Source of the DNA: Candidatus Obscuribacterales bacterium
Lineage (GTDB): Bacteria > Cyanobacteriota > Vampirovibrionia > Obscuribacterales > Obscuribacteraceae
Reading direction: 5' to 3'
Length of the DNA: 64,000 nt
NCBI GenBank assembly: GCA_965228855.1
Contig: CBDDIJ010000005.1
Location: 352,001 to 416,000, forward strand
Shown one piece after another: positions 18,166 to 28,363 of the stretch (position 1 is the stretch's first letter; each line of letters starts with the position of its first letter). A program made the translations under genes and the position numbers. The notes below the pieces were generated by a model. That model saw nothing but the letters and a program-made list of their open reading frames with translations. It was not told where the DNA came from and did no database searches.

Positions 18166-20355
18166 ATGTATACGGCGGAGCAGCTAGAGCGCGAACTCAA
18201 CCAGACCAACTTCCCGATGGAGCGTTACAAGCCAATCGAGAAGCTTGGCGGCAGCGCTGTCTCGGACTCCTATCTGTGTTACGACGAATTTCTCGAAGAA
18301 GAAGTCGTGGTCAAGAAACTCGGAGTACTTGAATTCGACGAATTGATTCACTTTCAACGAGAAGCAACTGCGCTCTGCCGCATACGCAACAAGAGCCTTG
18401 CACAAGTAGTTGATTTTGGAGCCACCGCAGATGGTGCAGTCTATCTGGTGTACGAATACCAGACGGGCATCAGCTTAAAAGTACACTTGCGCGGAAATGA
18501 TGCGGAGGTGAGCTTCGAACAGTCGCTCGTTTTATCACCCGAACTGGCATACCGAGCTTTCATCCCCGTCGCCGAAGCAATAGCAGCGATGCATTCACAG
18601 GGGATTCTCCATAGGGACATCAAAGCATCGAATATTCTCCTGCGAAACCTGGAGTCACAAGATTCCGCGGTCTTTCTGATCGACGCAGGCAGCGGCATAG
18701 TCAGACATGCTACCGCTCAACAGATATCATTCGAAGGCCGCACGGTGACTGGAGATCCGAACTATCTTGCACCGGAACAGTTGCTCTTGCAACAATACGA
18801 TGCGCGCTCCGAAATATTCGCCCTGGGTTGTGTCTTCTTCGAAGCGCTTACAGGGCGCACGCCTTTCTCCGGAGATGATGCGCTTTCGCACCTCGCTCGT
18901 CGAAGCCCGCCAAGCTTGTCGCAGGTCTCGGATGGTCTGACGTACAACTACAAAATCGAAGGGTTTGTAAGACGCTGTCTTGAAAGAAATCCCGACGCTC
19001 GATACAAGTCGATGCAAGAAGTTTTACACGCGCTAAAGGATCTAGTCAAACACAAAGTATCGATCGACCGACATTACGAGGCAAACAGCTCTGGCGGCAT
19101 GTCCTTCGCTGAGGCGGAACGGGAACGGGCCCGGACAAGAAGAGCTAATTTTAAAAGCACGGGAAACAAGCTGAAGTTATTGGCCCCCGATGACGAACGG
19201 CTCGACACGAATTCGCCTCGGAATCAGCTTCCAAACAGTCCGCGCCCGCCGGAGCAAACTGAGACAACACCTCGATCGAACGAATTAATCGAAAAGAAAC
19301 AGGAACGCGTCTCAAAGCTATCCGAGGGCGTGACACCGCCCGGCTTGCATGTTGTTGAAACGTCCGCGTTAAAACACACGCCAGCGGTGCCACACTCACC
19401 CAACACCGCCACCGTGAGCAGTGGCACAATATCAACCCCATCTAACAACGAAAGCAAAGATTTTAAAAGTTATATCGCCAGAGCTCGTCAGATGGTAGCC
19501 TGGGTAACCACGACTCGTCAGGGCATGATAGCGCTCGTAATTGTTTCAACCACTATTGTCTGCGGATGGCTAACCTTCAGTTACGTAGAATATCTAGTCG
19601 CCCCCCGAAGCGAAGAGGATGGATTGGTTTATGCTTACCAGCCAGCAACCAAGTCAAACCCTGGTCAACTCACTCTGGGAGTGGAGACAACTCGACCGGG
19701 CATCACGTATCTCAGCAATGGAAAACCGCGAGGTCTTCTGGAAAAACATCATATCGTGATCGAGAGTCCATCCGAGAATCTACCTTATATTGAATCCGGG
19801 CCAGGATTCGCCAACGAGCTTCATGACACCACTCTATTCGATCGAGACAGTCTCAACTTAACCTCGATGCGCTCCGGAAGGGACCCGGAAGAAGAATCTG
19901 AAAGTGATTTGAGAGTCGGTGAAACCTGGCGCGTGAAGATTCGCACGCAGAATGGTACCCGCTTTCTTGAATCAGTCAAAAACGGCTCGGCATATTTGAT
20001 CAATCCGGAAATGCAAGACATTCATATCGCGATCACAAAAATGTATCGCGCCCTGATAGCGCAGTCTCGAAATCATGATAATGAGTACGCGTACATCAAT
20101 CCTGAGTGGGCGGCGTCCAACTTTAACACAAGCGTCAGTCTGAGTCCGCCACCACATCCGATGGCACGTCCCATCTTGTTTCCAGCCCAAGATATCAAAC
20201 TTAAAAACTTCGATAGCCAATGCGAAGTGCTGCTGAGAGCGCCCACGTGGATGACCGGAGTTGGTTTTCTAGATGTGACTTTGCGTGTTGAGCGCGATGG
20301 TTGGAAGATAATGGATATTGCCCCGGCAACACAGGCCGAGTGGGACGAACTATGA
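18166..20355 (+). CDS. Membrane Ser/Thr kinase with divergent motifs and extracellular C-terminal domain
   Basis: HRDIKASN, DAG for DFG, GDPNYLAPEQ, single TM (IALVIVSTTIVCGWL). Confidence 0.85.
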   Translation: MYTAEQLERELNQTNFPMERYKPIEKLGGSAVSDSYLCYDEFLEEEVVVKKLGVLEFDELIHFQREATALCRIRNKSLAQVVDFGATADGAVYLVYEYQTGISLKVHLRGNDAEVSFEQSLVLSPELAYRAFIPVAEAIAAMHSQGILHRDIKASNILLRNLESQDSAVFLIDAGSGIVRHATAQQISFEGRTVTGDPNYLAPEQLLLQQYDARSEIFALGCVFFEALTGRTPFSGDDALSHLARRSPPSLSQVSDGLTYNYKIEGFVRRCLERNPDARYKSMQEVLHALKDLVKHKVSIDRHYEANSSGGMSFAEAERERARTRRANFKSTGNKLKLLAPDDERLDTNSPRNQLPNSPRPPEQTETTPRSNELIEKKQERVSKLSEGVTPPGLHVVETSALKHTPAVPHSPNTATVSSGTISTPSNNESKDFKSYIARARQMVAWVTTTRQGMIALVIVSTTIVCGWLTFSYVEYLVAPRSEEDGLVYAYQPATKSNPGQLTLGVETTRPGITYLSNGKPRGLLEKHHIVIESPSENLPYIESGPGFANELHDTTLFDRDSLNLTSMRSGRDPEEESESDLRVGETWRVKIRTQNGTRFLESVKNGSAYLINPEMQDIHIAITKMYRALIAQSRNHDNEYAYINPEWAASNFNTSVSLSPPPHPMARPILFPAQDIKLKNFDSQCEVLLRAPTWMTGVGFLDVTLRVERDGWKIMDIAPATQAEWDEL

Positions 20356-20424
20356 AGTTTCTGACTAAATAAAGCGTATATGCCGCATGCTTCCTGCGAG
20401 TGTCAAAGCAGTTCGAAACGATGG

Positions 20425-21672
20425 TTAAACAGTTGCGGCGTTTTCCTTTTGAAGGAGATGCAGTTCGAACGCCTCGTGAATTAGACGAGCGGCTTGATCA
20501 GCTGCGGCGCGAGACACAATGCAGCTTATCTTCATCTCGCTCGTAGAAATCATTTTGATGTTTATCTTGTTTTCGCCAAGGGTTGTGAACATTCGCGACG
20601 GAATATCGGGCTGCTCGACCAGACCGGCTCCAATCAAGCTGACTTTGGCGCAGTCGCCGTCGACTTGAACAACGCGAGCTCCAAGGGCGTCCTTAATCTC
20701 GTTCAATACAGCCACTGTTTCGTCCAGAGCATCAGACTGAACCGTGAAGGTAATGCTGTTGTGATCGGTCGACGGATGGAAGGATTGCACAATCATGTCA
20801 ATCCCGATATTGCGTTTCGCCAGCGCACCTGTGACCTTACCGGCGATACCAGGCTGATCCGGTACATCCATGATGGCAACCGCTGCCTGGTCCTTATCCA
20901 CAGCCACCGAACTGATTGCACGAAAGATTTCCATATCACCTCCAACGATCAAAGTACCCTTGTCCTCGGGCTTAAATGTATTGCGAACTCGCAGTTTAAC
21001 GCCATATTGCCTCGCCAGCTCCACAGCACGCGGGTGAAGCACCTTAGCGCCCAGGCGAGCCATCTCCAGAACCTCTCCGTACGAAACCGTTCGCAACAAC
21101 GAAGCATTGTTGACCAGATTCGGGTCTGTTGTAAAAATTCCATCTACGTCGGTATAGATATCGCAGCCGGCTGCATTGACCGCAGCTGCAAGAGCAACAG
21201 CCGTTGTATCAGAACCGCCGCGCCCCAGTGTGGTAATATCGCCGTCCGGAGTAACGCCCTGAAAACCGGCGACGACAAGCACGTCGTTGTCTTCAAGATG
21301 CTTTGCCAGAGCCTCTTTTCTTATGTCTACGATGCGAGCATTAGTGTGAATACTCTCGGTAAAAATTCCAACTTGACCGCCTGTGAGTGACCGAGCTGCA
21401 ACACCGATATCGCGCAATCGGATAGCGAGAAGAGATATAGACATCTGCTCTCCGGTGGAAAGGAGGGCATCGAGTTCACGCTTGTCCGGCGTCGCGGAGC
21501 AGCCTTTGGCAAGTTTGATCAAATAATCGGTGGTATCACCCATAGCGGAAACAACGACGATCACCTTTTGCGTCCTGGCACACTCGGCGATAATACCTGC
21601 CACGTGCTCGATTCGACCAATACTCTTAACGGAAGTACCACCAAACTTGAGTACTTGAATTTCGTTAGCCAT
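20425..21672 (-). CDS. lysC: Aspartate kinase (two ACT domains)
   Basis: KFGGTSV, VVSAMGDTTD, TTLGRGGSDTTA, GAKVLHPR, ISTSE. Confidence 0.96.
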   Translation of the reverse strand: MANEIQVLKFGGTSVKSIGRIEHVAGIIAECARTQKVIVVVSAMGDTTDYLIKLAKGCSATPDKRELDALLSTGEQMSISLLAIRLRDIGVAARSLTGGQVGIFTESIHTNARIVDIRKEALAKHLEDNDVLVVAGFQGVTPDGDITTLGRGGSDTTAVALAAAVNAAGCDIYTDVDGIFTTDPNLVNNASLLRTVSYGEVLEMARLGAKVLHPRAVELARQYGVKLRVRNTFKPEDKGTLIVGGDMEIFRAISSVAVDKDQAAVAIMDVPDQPGIAGKVTGALAKRNIGIDMIVQSFHPSTDHNSITFTVQSDALDETVAVLNEIKDALGARVVQVDGDCAKVSLIGAGLVEQPDIPSRMFTTLGENKINIKMISTSEMKISCIVSRAAADQAARLIHEAFELHLLQKENAATV

Positions 21673-22588
21673 AAGTTGCTGTTAAACCCTCTCTGTCGAC
21701 TTCGAGACTCATTACTTTGACTTTGCCTTCGCGTACGGAAGACCAGCTTTCCAGCTCGTTCTTCACATAATCAACATGCCGCGCCTCCGACAGTACAAGT
21801 ATTGATGAGCCGGCACCGGATAGCACAACTCCGAGTACGGGTGAATCACGCAAAACGTTTTTAACTTCCTGCAGTTCAGGAATGAGCGTTTGACGATGGG
21901 GCTCGTGCAGGCTGTCTATGAGACCCGCGCGAAGCAGTTCTCTATCTCTCTTTTCGATAGCCATCAGCAATAACGCAGTATTCTGAATGTTACTGACCGC
22001 CTCCGGCATAGATACTTGCTTCGGCAGAACCGCACGCGCATGTGCAGTACTGACTTCACGGTCTGGTACAACCAAAATCGGTCGCCAGTCCTCCGGCCAT
22101 TCCACAGTAGCAGCGACAAAGTCCTTTGACTGTTTGACATAAGCACTGGCTGTCAACGCACCAAACAAGCTCGCTGCCACATTATCCGGATGTCCTTCGA
22201 TTGACGCTGCATATTGCAATGCGGTTTTACGATCGGGAAGTTGTCCTGTTAAATAAATGCCGGCCCAGACAGTTCCGGCAATACAAGCAGCACTGGAACC
22301 CAGTCCTCGAGCCAGAGGTATTTCCGACTTTATAGTAACCTTCAGTCTATCGAACGAGGATTTCAAAACTGGAAATTGTTCTTCCAGTACTTTGAGAACC
22401 AGGTTGTTCTGATCGCAAGGCAGGCTGGATGCAGCGCTTCCCTCAATCTCGACTATCGGACCCTTGCAGCTGTCGTCACTCAATTCAAAAGTCAGAGTGC
22501 AATACAGTTCATAAGCTAATGCCAGTGTGTCGAAACCTGGGCCGAGATTGGCACTGCTAGCTGGAACTCGTACTGTGACTTTCTTCAT
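21665..22588 (-). CDS. thrB: Homoserine kinase
   Basis: VPASSANLGPGFD, PLARGLGSS, EGHPDN, SGAGSS. Confidence 0.96.
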   Translation of the reverse strand: MKKVTVRVPASSANLGPGFDTLALAYELYCTLTFELSDDSCKGPIVEIEGSAASSLPCDQNNLVLKVLEEQFPVLKSSFDRLKVTIKSEIPLARGLGSSAACIAGTVWAGIYLTGQLPDRKTALQYAASIEGHPDNVAASLFGALTASAYVKQSKDFVAATVEWPEDWRPILVVPDREVSTAHARAVLPKQVSMPEAVSNIQNTALLLMAIEKRDRELLRAGLIDSLHEPHRQTLIPELQEVKNVLRDSPVLGVVLSGAGSSILVLSEARHVDYVKNELESWSSVREGKVKVMSLEVDREGLTATYG

Positions 22589-22594
22589 TCCGAA

Positions 22595-23737
22595 TTACAG
22601 ACCCATCGCAGAAACCAGAACATCGAGATCCGGTTTAATCGGTTCTAATTTCACATCGCTAACTTTCAGCGCGTTATCAGGATCTTTCAAACCGTTACCG
22701 GTAAGAACACAAACCACGGTCGCGTCGTGAGGAATTCCGCCTTTAGCGGCCAACTTTTTGAGACCAGCTACAGATGCGGCACTTGCCGGTTCACAGAAAA
22801 CACCTTCCAACTGAGCAAGCATCTTATACGCTTCGAGAATTTCCTCGTCAGTCACCATGTCGACTAATCCACCGGATTTATCGATCGCATTCTGAGCTTC
22901 TTGCCAGCTGGCCGGATTACCGATCCTGATAGCCGTAGCTAGAGTTTCCGGGTTCGGTACCGGTTTGCCGAGTACCATCGGCGCAGCTCCTGCAGCCTGG
23001 AAGCCGCACATTTGTGGTACTTTCAGCGTACCTTTGACGATCTCGATCTCTGCGGTTGCGCTGCCCTTATAGCGCATCTGCTGCCCGGTAGTCGGGGCGC
23101 GATGATACTGAGTGAAACCCCGGAAGTACGCGCTGATATTTCCCGCGTTCCCGACCGGGATGCACAGATAGTCGGGGGCTTCGCCTAGTGTATCCATAAC
23201 TTCGAATGCGCCGGTCTTCTGACCTTCAAGCCGGTAAGGGTTGATCGAATTAACGATAGTGACTGGGAACTTCTCGCCAATCAGGCGCACCAGATCTAGT
23301 GCCTGATCAAAATTGCCATCGATTTGAATTACTTTCGAGCCATACAAAATTGCCTGTGCAAGCTTGCCGAGTGCGACCTTGCCGGCCGGAAGCAACACAT
23401 AGCAAGCCAGTCCGGCTTTGGCAGCAAAGGCTGCAGCCGATGCACTGGTATTACCTGTAGAGGCACAGATAACGGCTTTTGAACCTTCCTCGACAGCTTT
23501 GGAAATCGCCATCGTCATACCACGATCTTTAAAGCTGCCTGTCGGGTTCAATCCTTCTAGTTTCAAACGAATATCAACTGTTGGAATACCCAGTGCTTTG
23601 GCAAGCTTTTTAGCTGCGACTAGCGGTGTAAAACCCTCACCGAGACTGACGATGGGAGTTCGGTCAGTCAGAGGTAGATAATCTCGAAAGCGTTCAATTA
23701 GTGGCACGCGGCCGCGGATCGATTCAGTCGTATTCAT
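22595..23737 (-). CDS. thrC: Threonine synthase
   Basis: NPTGSFKDRG, CASTGNTSAS, PVGNAGN, TGNGLKDP. Confidence 0.96.
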   Translation of the reverse strand: MNTTESIRGRVPLIERFRDYLPLTDRTPIVSLGEGFTPLVAAKKLAKALGIPTVDIRLKLEGLNPTGSFKDRGMTMAISKAVEEGSKAVICASTGNTSASAAAFAAKAGLACYVLLPAGKVALGKLAQAILYGSKVIQIDGNFDQALDLVRLIGEKFPVTIVNSINPYRLEGQKTGAFEVMDTLGEAPDYLCIPVGNAGNISAYFRGFTQYHRAPTTGQQMRYKGSATAEIEIVKGTLKVPQMCGFQAAGAAPMVLGKPVPNPETLATAIRIGNPASWQEAQNAIDKSGGLVDMVTDEEILEAYKMLAQLEGVFCEPASAASVAGLKKLAAKGGIPHDATVVCVLTGNGLKDPDNALKVSDVKLEPIKPDLDVLVSAMGL

Positions 23738-23749
23738 TGAGTCAGCCTT

Positions 23750-25030
23750 TTATTTTCCGGCACCGTTTTTGCCGTTGAAGATTGCAATACAGGTTCCCTG
23801 GTCCTTTAGAAACTCTTCCGTCTTCATTTGTTCGATCGCTTTGTTGACGCGACCGGTTTCAACTGGATGCGTGAGGATCACGACGGAAGCGCCCTGGTCC
23901 TCTACACCACGTTGAATGATACTTTGAATGCTGATTTGATTGGCACCAAATATGCTACCAATCTTTCCGATCACACCTGGATGGTCTTCGACTTCCAGCC
24001 TGATGTAATATGGCGTTTTCCAACTATCTGAAGAGGAAACCGCTTGCCAGGTATCGCCCACCTCGGTGTGAAAGTAACTCGCGAAATCTTGCAGACGGAG
24101 AGCGGCCGCAAGGTTTATAACATCACCCATGATCGCTGACGCCGTCGGCAGTTGACCCGCTCCCGGACCGACCATCATGAGTTCACCTACAGCGTGACCG
24201 TTTACAACAATCCCGTTGTTGCCACCAGAGACGCTGGCGAGCGGATGAGACACAGGCACGAAACAAGGCTCCACGCGAGCCTGGACGTTCGAATCGGTTC
24301 GATCTGCTCTACCAATCAGTTTTATTCGATAGCCGAATTCTTTTGCATGTTCAAGGTCGACAGGCTTTATATGAGTAATTCCGCGACGAAAGATTTCTTG
24401 CGGTTTAACGAAACTGCCGAAGGCCAGAGCCGCGAGAATCGAGACTTTGTACGCAACATCGAATCCCTCGACATCATTTGTCGGGTCGGCTTCGGCAAAA
24501 CCGAGTTTCTGAGCCATTGCCAGAGCGGCGTCAAAACTTTCACCCTTTTCTTCCATCTGCGACAGAATGAAATTGGTGGTACCGTTGAGAATTCCGAGAA
24601 TCGACTCGAGTTGATTGGCGCCAAGTCCCTTTTGAATCGTGGAGATAAGGGGCACACCACCAGCTACCGACGCTTCAAAAAATATAGCAACACCCTTTTC
24701 CCGCGCCAGTTTAAACAAGTCCGGACCATGCTTTGCTAAAACTTCTTTGTTCGCCGTGACCACGTGCTTACGTGACTCAATCGCTTTAGTGATAAGGTCG
24801 AGGGCAGGTTGCTCGCCACCCATAACCTCGATTAGAACTTCTATTTCCGGGTCGTTGACCACCTCTTCAGGATTCGTCGTCACCTGACAGCGCGGGTCAA
24901 CTTCGCGGGCTTTGCTCAAATCTTTTACAGCGACTCGCTTCAGAGACAGCGATTTGTGGTTACTTAGAAGTTTGACGACGCCGGTGCCGACTGTTCCCAG
25001 ACCGAGCATACCGACCACAACCTTTGCCAT
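23750..25030 (-). CDS. hom: Homoserine dehydrogenase with ACT domain
   Basis: GLGTVG, VTANK, EASVAGGVP, NGTTNFIL, EADPTNDVEG. AAGGAG SD before ATG 25030. Confidence 0.96.
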   Translation of the reverse strand: MAKVVVGMLGLGTVGTGVVKLLSNHKSLSLKRVAVKDLSKAREVDPRCQVTTNPEEVVNDPEIEVLIEVMGGEQPALDLITKAIESRKHVVTANKEVLAKHGPDLFKLAREKGVAIFFEASVAGGVPLISTIQKGLGANQLESILGILNGTTNFILSQMEEKGESFDAALAMAQKLGFAEADPTNDVEGFDVAYKVSILAALAFGSFVKPQEIFRRGITHIKPVDLEHAKEFGYRIKLIGRADRTDSNVQARVEPCFVPVSHPLASVSGGNNGIVVNGHAVGELMMVGPGAGQLPTASAIMGDVINLAAALRLQDFASYFHTEVGDTWQAVSSSDSWKTPYYIRLEVEDHPGVIGKIGSIFGANQISIQSIIQRGVEDQGASVVILTHPVETGRVNKAIEQMKTEEFLKDQGTCIAIFNGKNGAGK

Positions 25031-25101
25031 ATGTGCTCCTTCGCGATTCACTGGGCTGAACGAGCGCTCGACCGCGTTTTGCAATCATGAAGCCCTGCTA
25101 A

Positions 25102-26097
25102 TTATTCTGGCACGCCCTGCTCAGCCGCACTATTGTCCCCGACATCGACTGAAAATGGCTCTTTTGATGCGATAGATGTTTTCAAATACGAAATAATTGC
25201 GTTGACGTTGCCCAGGTTCTTCCCCATGTCAACAGTGGTACCCTTCTTGGAAGATTCGCTCCACACAATGCAATTCGTTCGGCTCACATCGATCATCGAG
25301 AAAACCATCAATATCTCTTGCCCTTCCTCCAGCACCTGTTTCCGCACCTTCGCTTCAATGGTTCCGCCGCGCAAATCTACCGCTACCGGCTTGCAATTGT
25401 CGATTGTTGTAAGTGACCGAACACCGCGCTCGAACGCCGAGGCAAAGTCCACCGGCATTTCAATTTCGCTGAACTGAATGGTCGAGGCCGAAACACGGTT
25501 TAACGTATCGCTCTTCAAACGGCGGATACTCGCCCACTGGAGCACTACCATAATGGCACCGAATATGACACCAAAGAGAAACGCGAACGGAATCAGATGA
25601 ATCACGTTGTAGGCGAGCATATAGAAGGTAAAGGCGATAAAGGTGGGCGCAAAAAAGGTCATAAAAATTTTGGCATAGACGCGATGGTCGTGCTCGATCT
25701 CGTCGTCTAGACTGATGTGCGTACCAAGCACATGACCGGCTCCACTCAGACACCACTGGCGGTATCCGTTCAACTCAATATCTTGAACAGGTCGAGTTCC
25801 AACCAACACCGGGCGCATCAAGCTGAAAAGCTTGCGGGAAACCGGATAGGACATATCCCGGGATTGTGGCGCGCTCACCGTTTCCAACGTCGCGACCGTC
25901 ACATCGATTGCCGCACTTCCGGGTCTTTCTGAAAAGCGCTTGTCGTATACGAATATGTGAAGTGCCCCTGGTTGGATCTTCACTATTTTCGCGATCTTAT
26001 AGATACTCTCGCCGTTTAATCCATAAATACTGAACAAGTCCGCTTCATGGAGATGATCGGCGGTCGCATCAGTTGCGTCGGGCAAGGATGAGTTCAT
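25102..26097 (-). CDS. Hypothetical membrane protein (soluble N-domain, 2 TM, soluble C-domain)
   Basis: Long ORF in an operon-like position with a hydrophobic hairpin in the middle. Confidence 0.75.
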   Translation of the reverse strand: MNSSLPDATDATADHLHEADLFSIYGLNGESIYKIAKIVKIQPGALHIFVYDKRFSERPGSAAIDVTVATLETVSAPQSRDMSYPVSRKLFSLMRPVLVGTRPVQDIELNGYRQWCLSGAGHVLGTHISLDDEIEHDHRVYAKIFMTFFAPTFIAFTFYMLAYNVIHLIPFAFLFGVIFGAIMVVLQWASIRRLKSDTLNRVSASTIQFSEIEMPVDFASAFERGVRSLTTIDNCKPVAVDLRGGTIEAKVRKQVLEEGQEILMVFSMIDVSRTNCIVWSESSKKGTTVDMGKNLGNVNAIISYLKTSIASKEPFSVDVGDNSAAEQGVPE

Positions 26098-28120
26098 TTC
26101 CGCCGGTGAGATCTCCTCGGTGCTTCAGAATATATCCAGGATTCAAGCTCTTTGGAATAAAACCGTGGCGAGCCACTATTTCAAGACTATCGCGAGTGGG
26201 CGCCGGAAGCGCGTCGAAATCGACGTTCTTAATCATTAGCCAGTGCGTTCCGGGACTTGAGAGAAAGGCTGACAGTTCCTCAGGGTTACTGAGTTTCACC
26301 GGCTCGCGCTCGGTTCTAAAAGTCACTTCGTCAATCCAGTGTTCGACGCCGGTATACATGCCGATCGTGAGACTATGAGCATCAGTGACAGGCTGACTTG
26401 CACCGGCAGCGCCCGCGAGGTTTCGGGTCGGATCGGCAAGACCGCGTTTTTGCTCCACAAGTTTCTTCAACTCGGCAGTCCTATCTGCCCCGGTATCCGT
26501 ACGCCTGATAGTTTCCGCGTACTGGAGCGCCGGCGACATGCGAATTAAAACGGGCATGGCGAAGACGGCAAACACGGAGCCTGTCAAAATGATGCCACTG
26601 AATATAGTGGCAAAGGACGCGAACTGTTTAGCTTTAAAAACTTGAGATAGACCAAACAAACCGATTACAACCGGAAGAGCACCCACGGCAACCGGCGGAA
26701 TTGCCGGCGCATAGGGCATCTCGTTGAGAAGCGCCGTGATTCCGAAGCCTACGACAATCAAGGCGACGTTTAACGCAAAAGCAGCCGCGCTCGTCAATCT
26801 ATTATTCTCACAGATCCACTTGTCGAGGAAATAGCCGGTCAACATCGCACAGGCGGGAAAAGCAGGCAGCGCGTAATAGTCGATTTTGCCTCGCGACACC
26901 GAAAAGAATCCGATGGAGACGGCAATCCAGAGCCACAGGTAGACATGCAGCGAGTTGACTCGTTTCTGCTCGTCATCGGAAACGGCAATCGGCGCATCGC
27001 CTTTCTCTCCGTTGAAGCGAACATTCGCTATCTTTTCGGCTTGCTGCATCGACGGGCGCTTTCTTGAAGAAATCAAATTCTTCACGCAAACCCAGAGAAT
27101 TGGTGGCAGGAAGATAGACCAGGGCAAGAACCCACCTAACAGCGAAACGACCATAAACCAGATCGGTCGGTGCGTGTCGTAAGTGGACCCGGCGAAACGC
27201 TGGACGTTTTCCTTTATAAAGAAGTAGGTGATCGCATCGATGCCGTTTGCCTGATAGGCGAGGTAAAACCACGGCGCAGCGATAACGCAGAGCGCCATCG
27301 CGCCGAAGAGCACGTGTTTAAACTTGACCAGTTTCAGCTGTTTCTCCACGAATAGAAAGGCGAGGAAGAACACAGCTGGAAGTACAACGGCAACAGGCCC
27401 CTTGGTCAGGAAACCGAAACCCATCGACGCTGCGGCCAAAAACCAGAGGATCGTGCGGGTCGGTTTACCGGCAGGGAGTGCGCTAAAGGGCTGCGACTCG
27501 CTTTTCTCGCCGCCAAGAAAACCTGCATATAAAAGGATGAGGGTTACAGTGTCGACAAGGACAAGCATCGAGTCGGACATGCAGAGCGCGCTGAAAGAGA
27601 GATACATGAAGGACGTACCCAGAGCCATGGCGGCTATAAGGGCCGCACGTGGTCCAAAGATGGCGCGGCATGCGTATCCCGTTACCAGCAAGGTCGAAAC
27701 TGAGGCGATTATCGATGGTATACGGGCGGCAAAGTGAGACGTGCCGAAGCTGTTGAAGCATCCGATGATGAACCAGTAGACGAGAATCGGCTTATCGAAA
27801 AACGCCTGCCCGTGGTAAAGCGGGGTGACGAGGTTTGAGGTGGCAATCATTTCGCGGGCACACTCGGCGAAAAACACCTCGGCGCGGCTGAACTTGGGCC
27901 AGAAAGCGGACAGCAGGGCGTAGAGAACTGCGCACATTACCGCGATGAAGGCGAGCGATAGCGAAAACTTGCCGCCGCCGACCGAGCCTTGCTTGGCAAT
28001 ACCTTCGCGGCTTTCGCTTCTGCTGGACGGCGCCTCGACGGACAACCCGTCTGCACAGGTGAAGGTGGAAACGTCTTCGCTGGGAACTTCTCTACTGATT
28101 ACTTTCATCGACCCCGTCAC
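26069..28120 (-). CDS. ArnT/PMT family (GT-C) glycosyltransferase
   Basis: E..FAECAREM, FFDKPIL.YW, AARIPS, GFLTKGPVA, PW, YYALPAFP. Confidence 0.92.
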   Translation of the reverse strand: MTGSMKVISREVPSEDVSTFTCADGLSVEAPSSRSESREGIAKQGSVGGGKFSLSLAFIAVMCAVLYALLSAFWPKFSRAEVFFAECAREMIATSNLVTPLYHGQAFFDKPILVYWFIIGCFNSFGTSHFAARIPSIIASVSTLLVTGYACRAIFGPRAALIAAMALGTSFMYLSFSALCMSDSMLVLVDTVTLILLYAGFLGGEKSESQPFSALPAGKPTRTILWFLAAASMGFGFLTKGPVAVVLPAVFFLAFLFVEKQLKLVKFKHVLFGAMALCVIAAPWFYLAYQANGIDAITYFFIKENVQRFAGSTYDTHRPIWFMVVSLLGGFLPWSIFLPPILWVCVKNLISSRKRPSMQQAEKIANVRFNGEKGDAPIAVSDDEQKRVNSLHVYLWLWIAVSIGFFSVSRGKIDYYALPAFPACAMLTGYFLDKWICENNRLTSAAAFALNVALIVVGFGITALLNEMPYAPAIPPVAVGALPVVIGLFGLSQVFKAKQFASFATIFSGIILTGSVFAVFAMPVLIRMSPALQYAETIRRTDTGADRTAELKKLVEQKRGLADPTRNLAGAAGASQPVTDAHSLTIGMYTGVEHWIDEVTFRTEREPVKLSNPEELSAFLSSPGTHWLMIKNVDFDALPAPTRDSLEIVARHGFIPKSLNPGYILKHRGDLTGGNELILARRN

Positions 28121-28363
28121 GAAATGCTCGTGAGCCCAAAATAGGGATATTTCCGAGATTATGACATCTAAGCCTGTCCAAAACGTGAGCGTTATTTATA
28201 GCAGCACATTTGCAGTTTTTCACGGGGGATATTTTGGGGTAGTTGGCATGGTGAAATTACTAACCTAGTCGGGAATTCCCCCAATCGACTATCCCCTGCC
28301 ATCAAGCTACGATTCTACCTGTCAAGCGCAGTTCGTTTCTTTTACAGTCGCGGGGAAACCAAA

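Noticed and set aside
20494..21390. 298-aa plus-strand ORF
   Set aside because: Antisense shadow of aspartate kinase with no recognisable motifs.
23015..23104. ThrC insertion as an intein or intron
   Set aside because: Far too short, in frame, and lacking splice-junction residues.
28140..28360. Repeated GGGA(T/A)(A/T)TT-like words upstream of ORF 28364
   Set aside because: Too short and variable to distinguish from chance.
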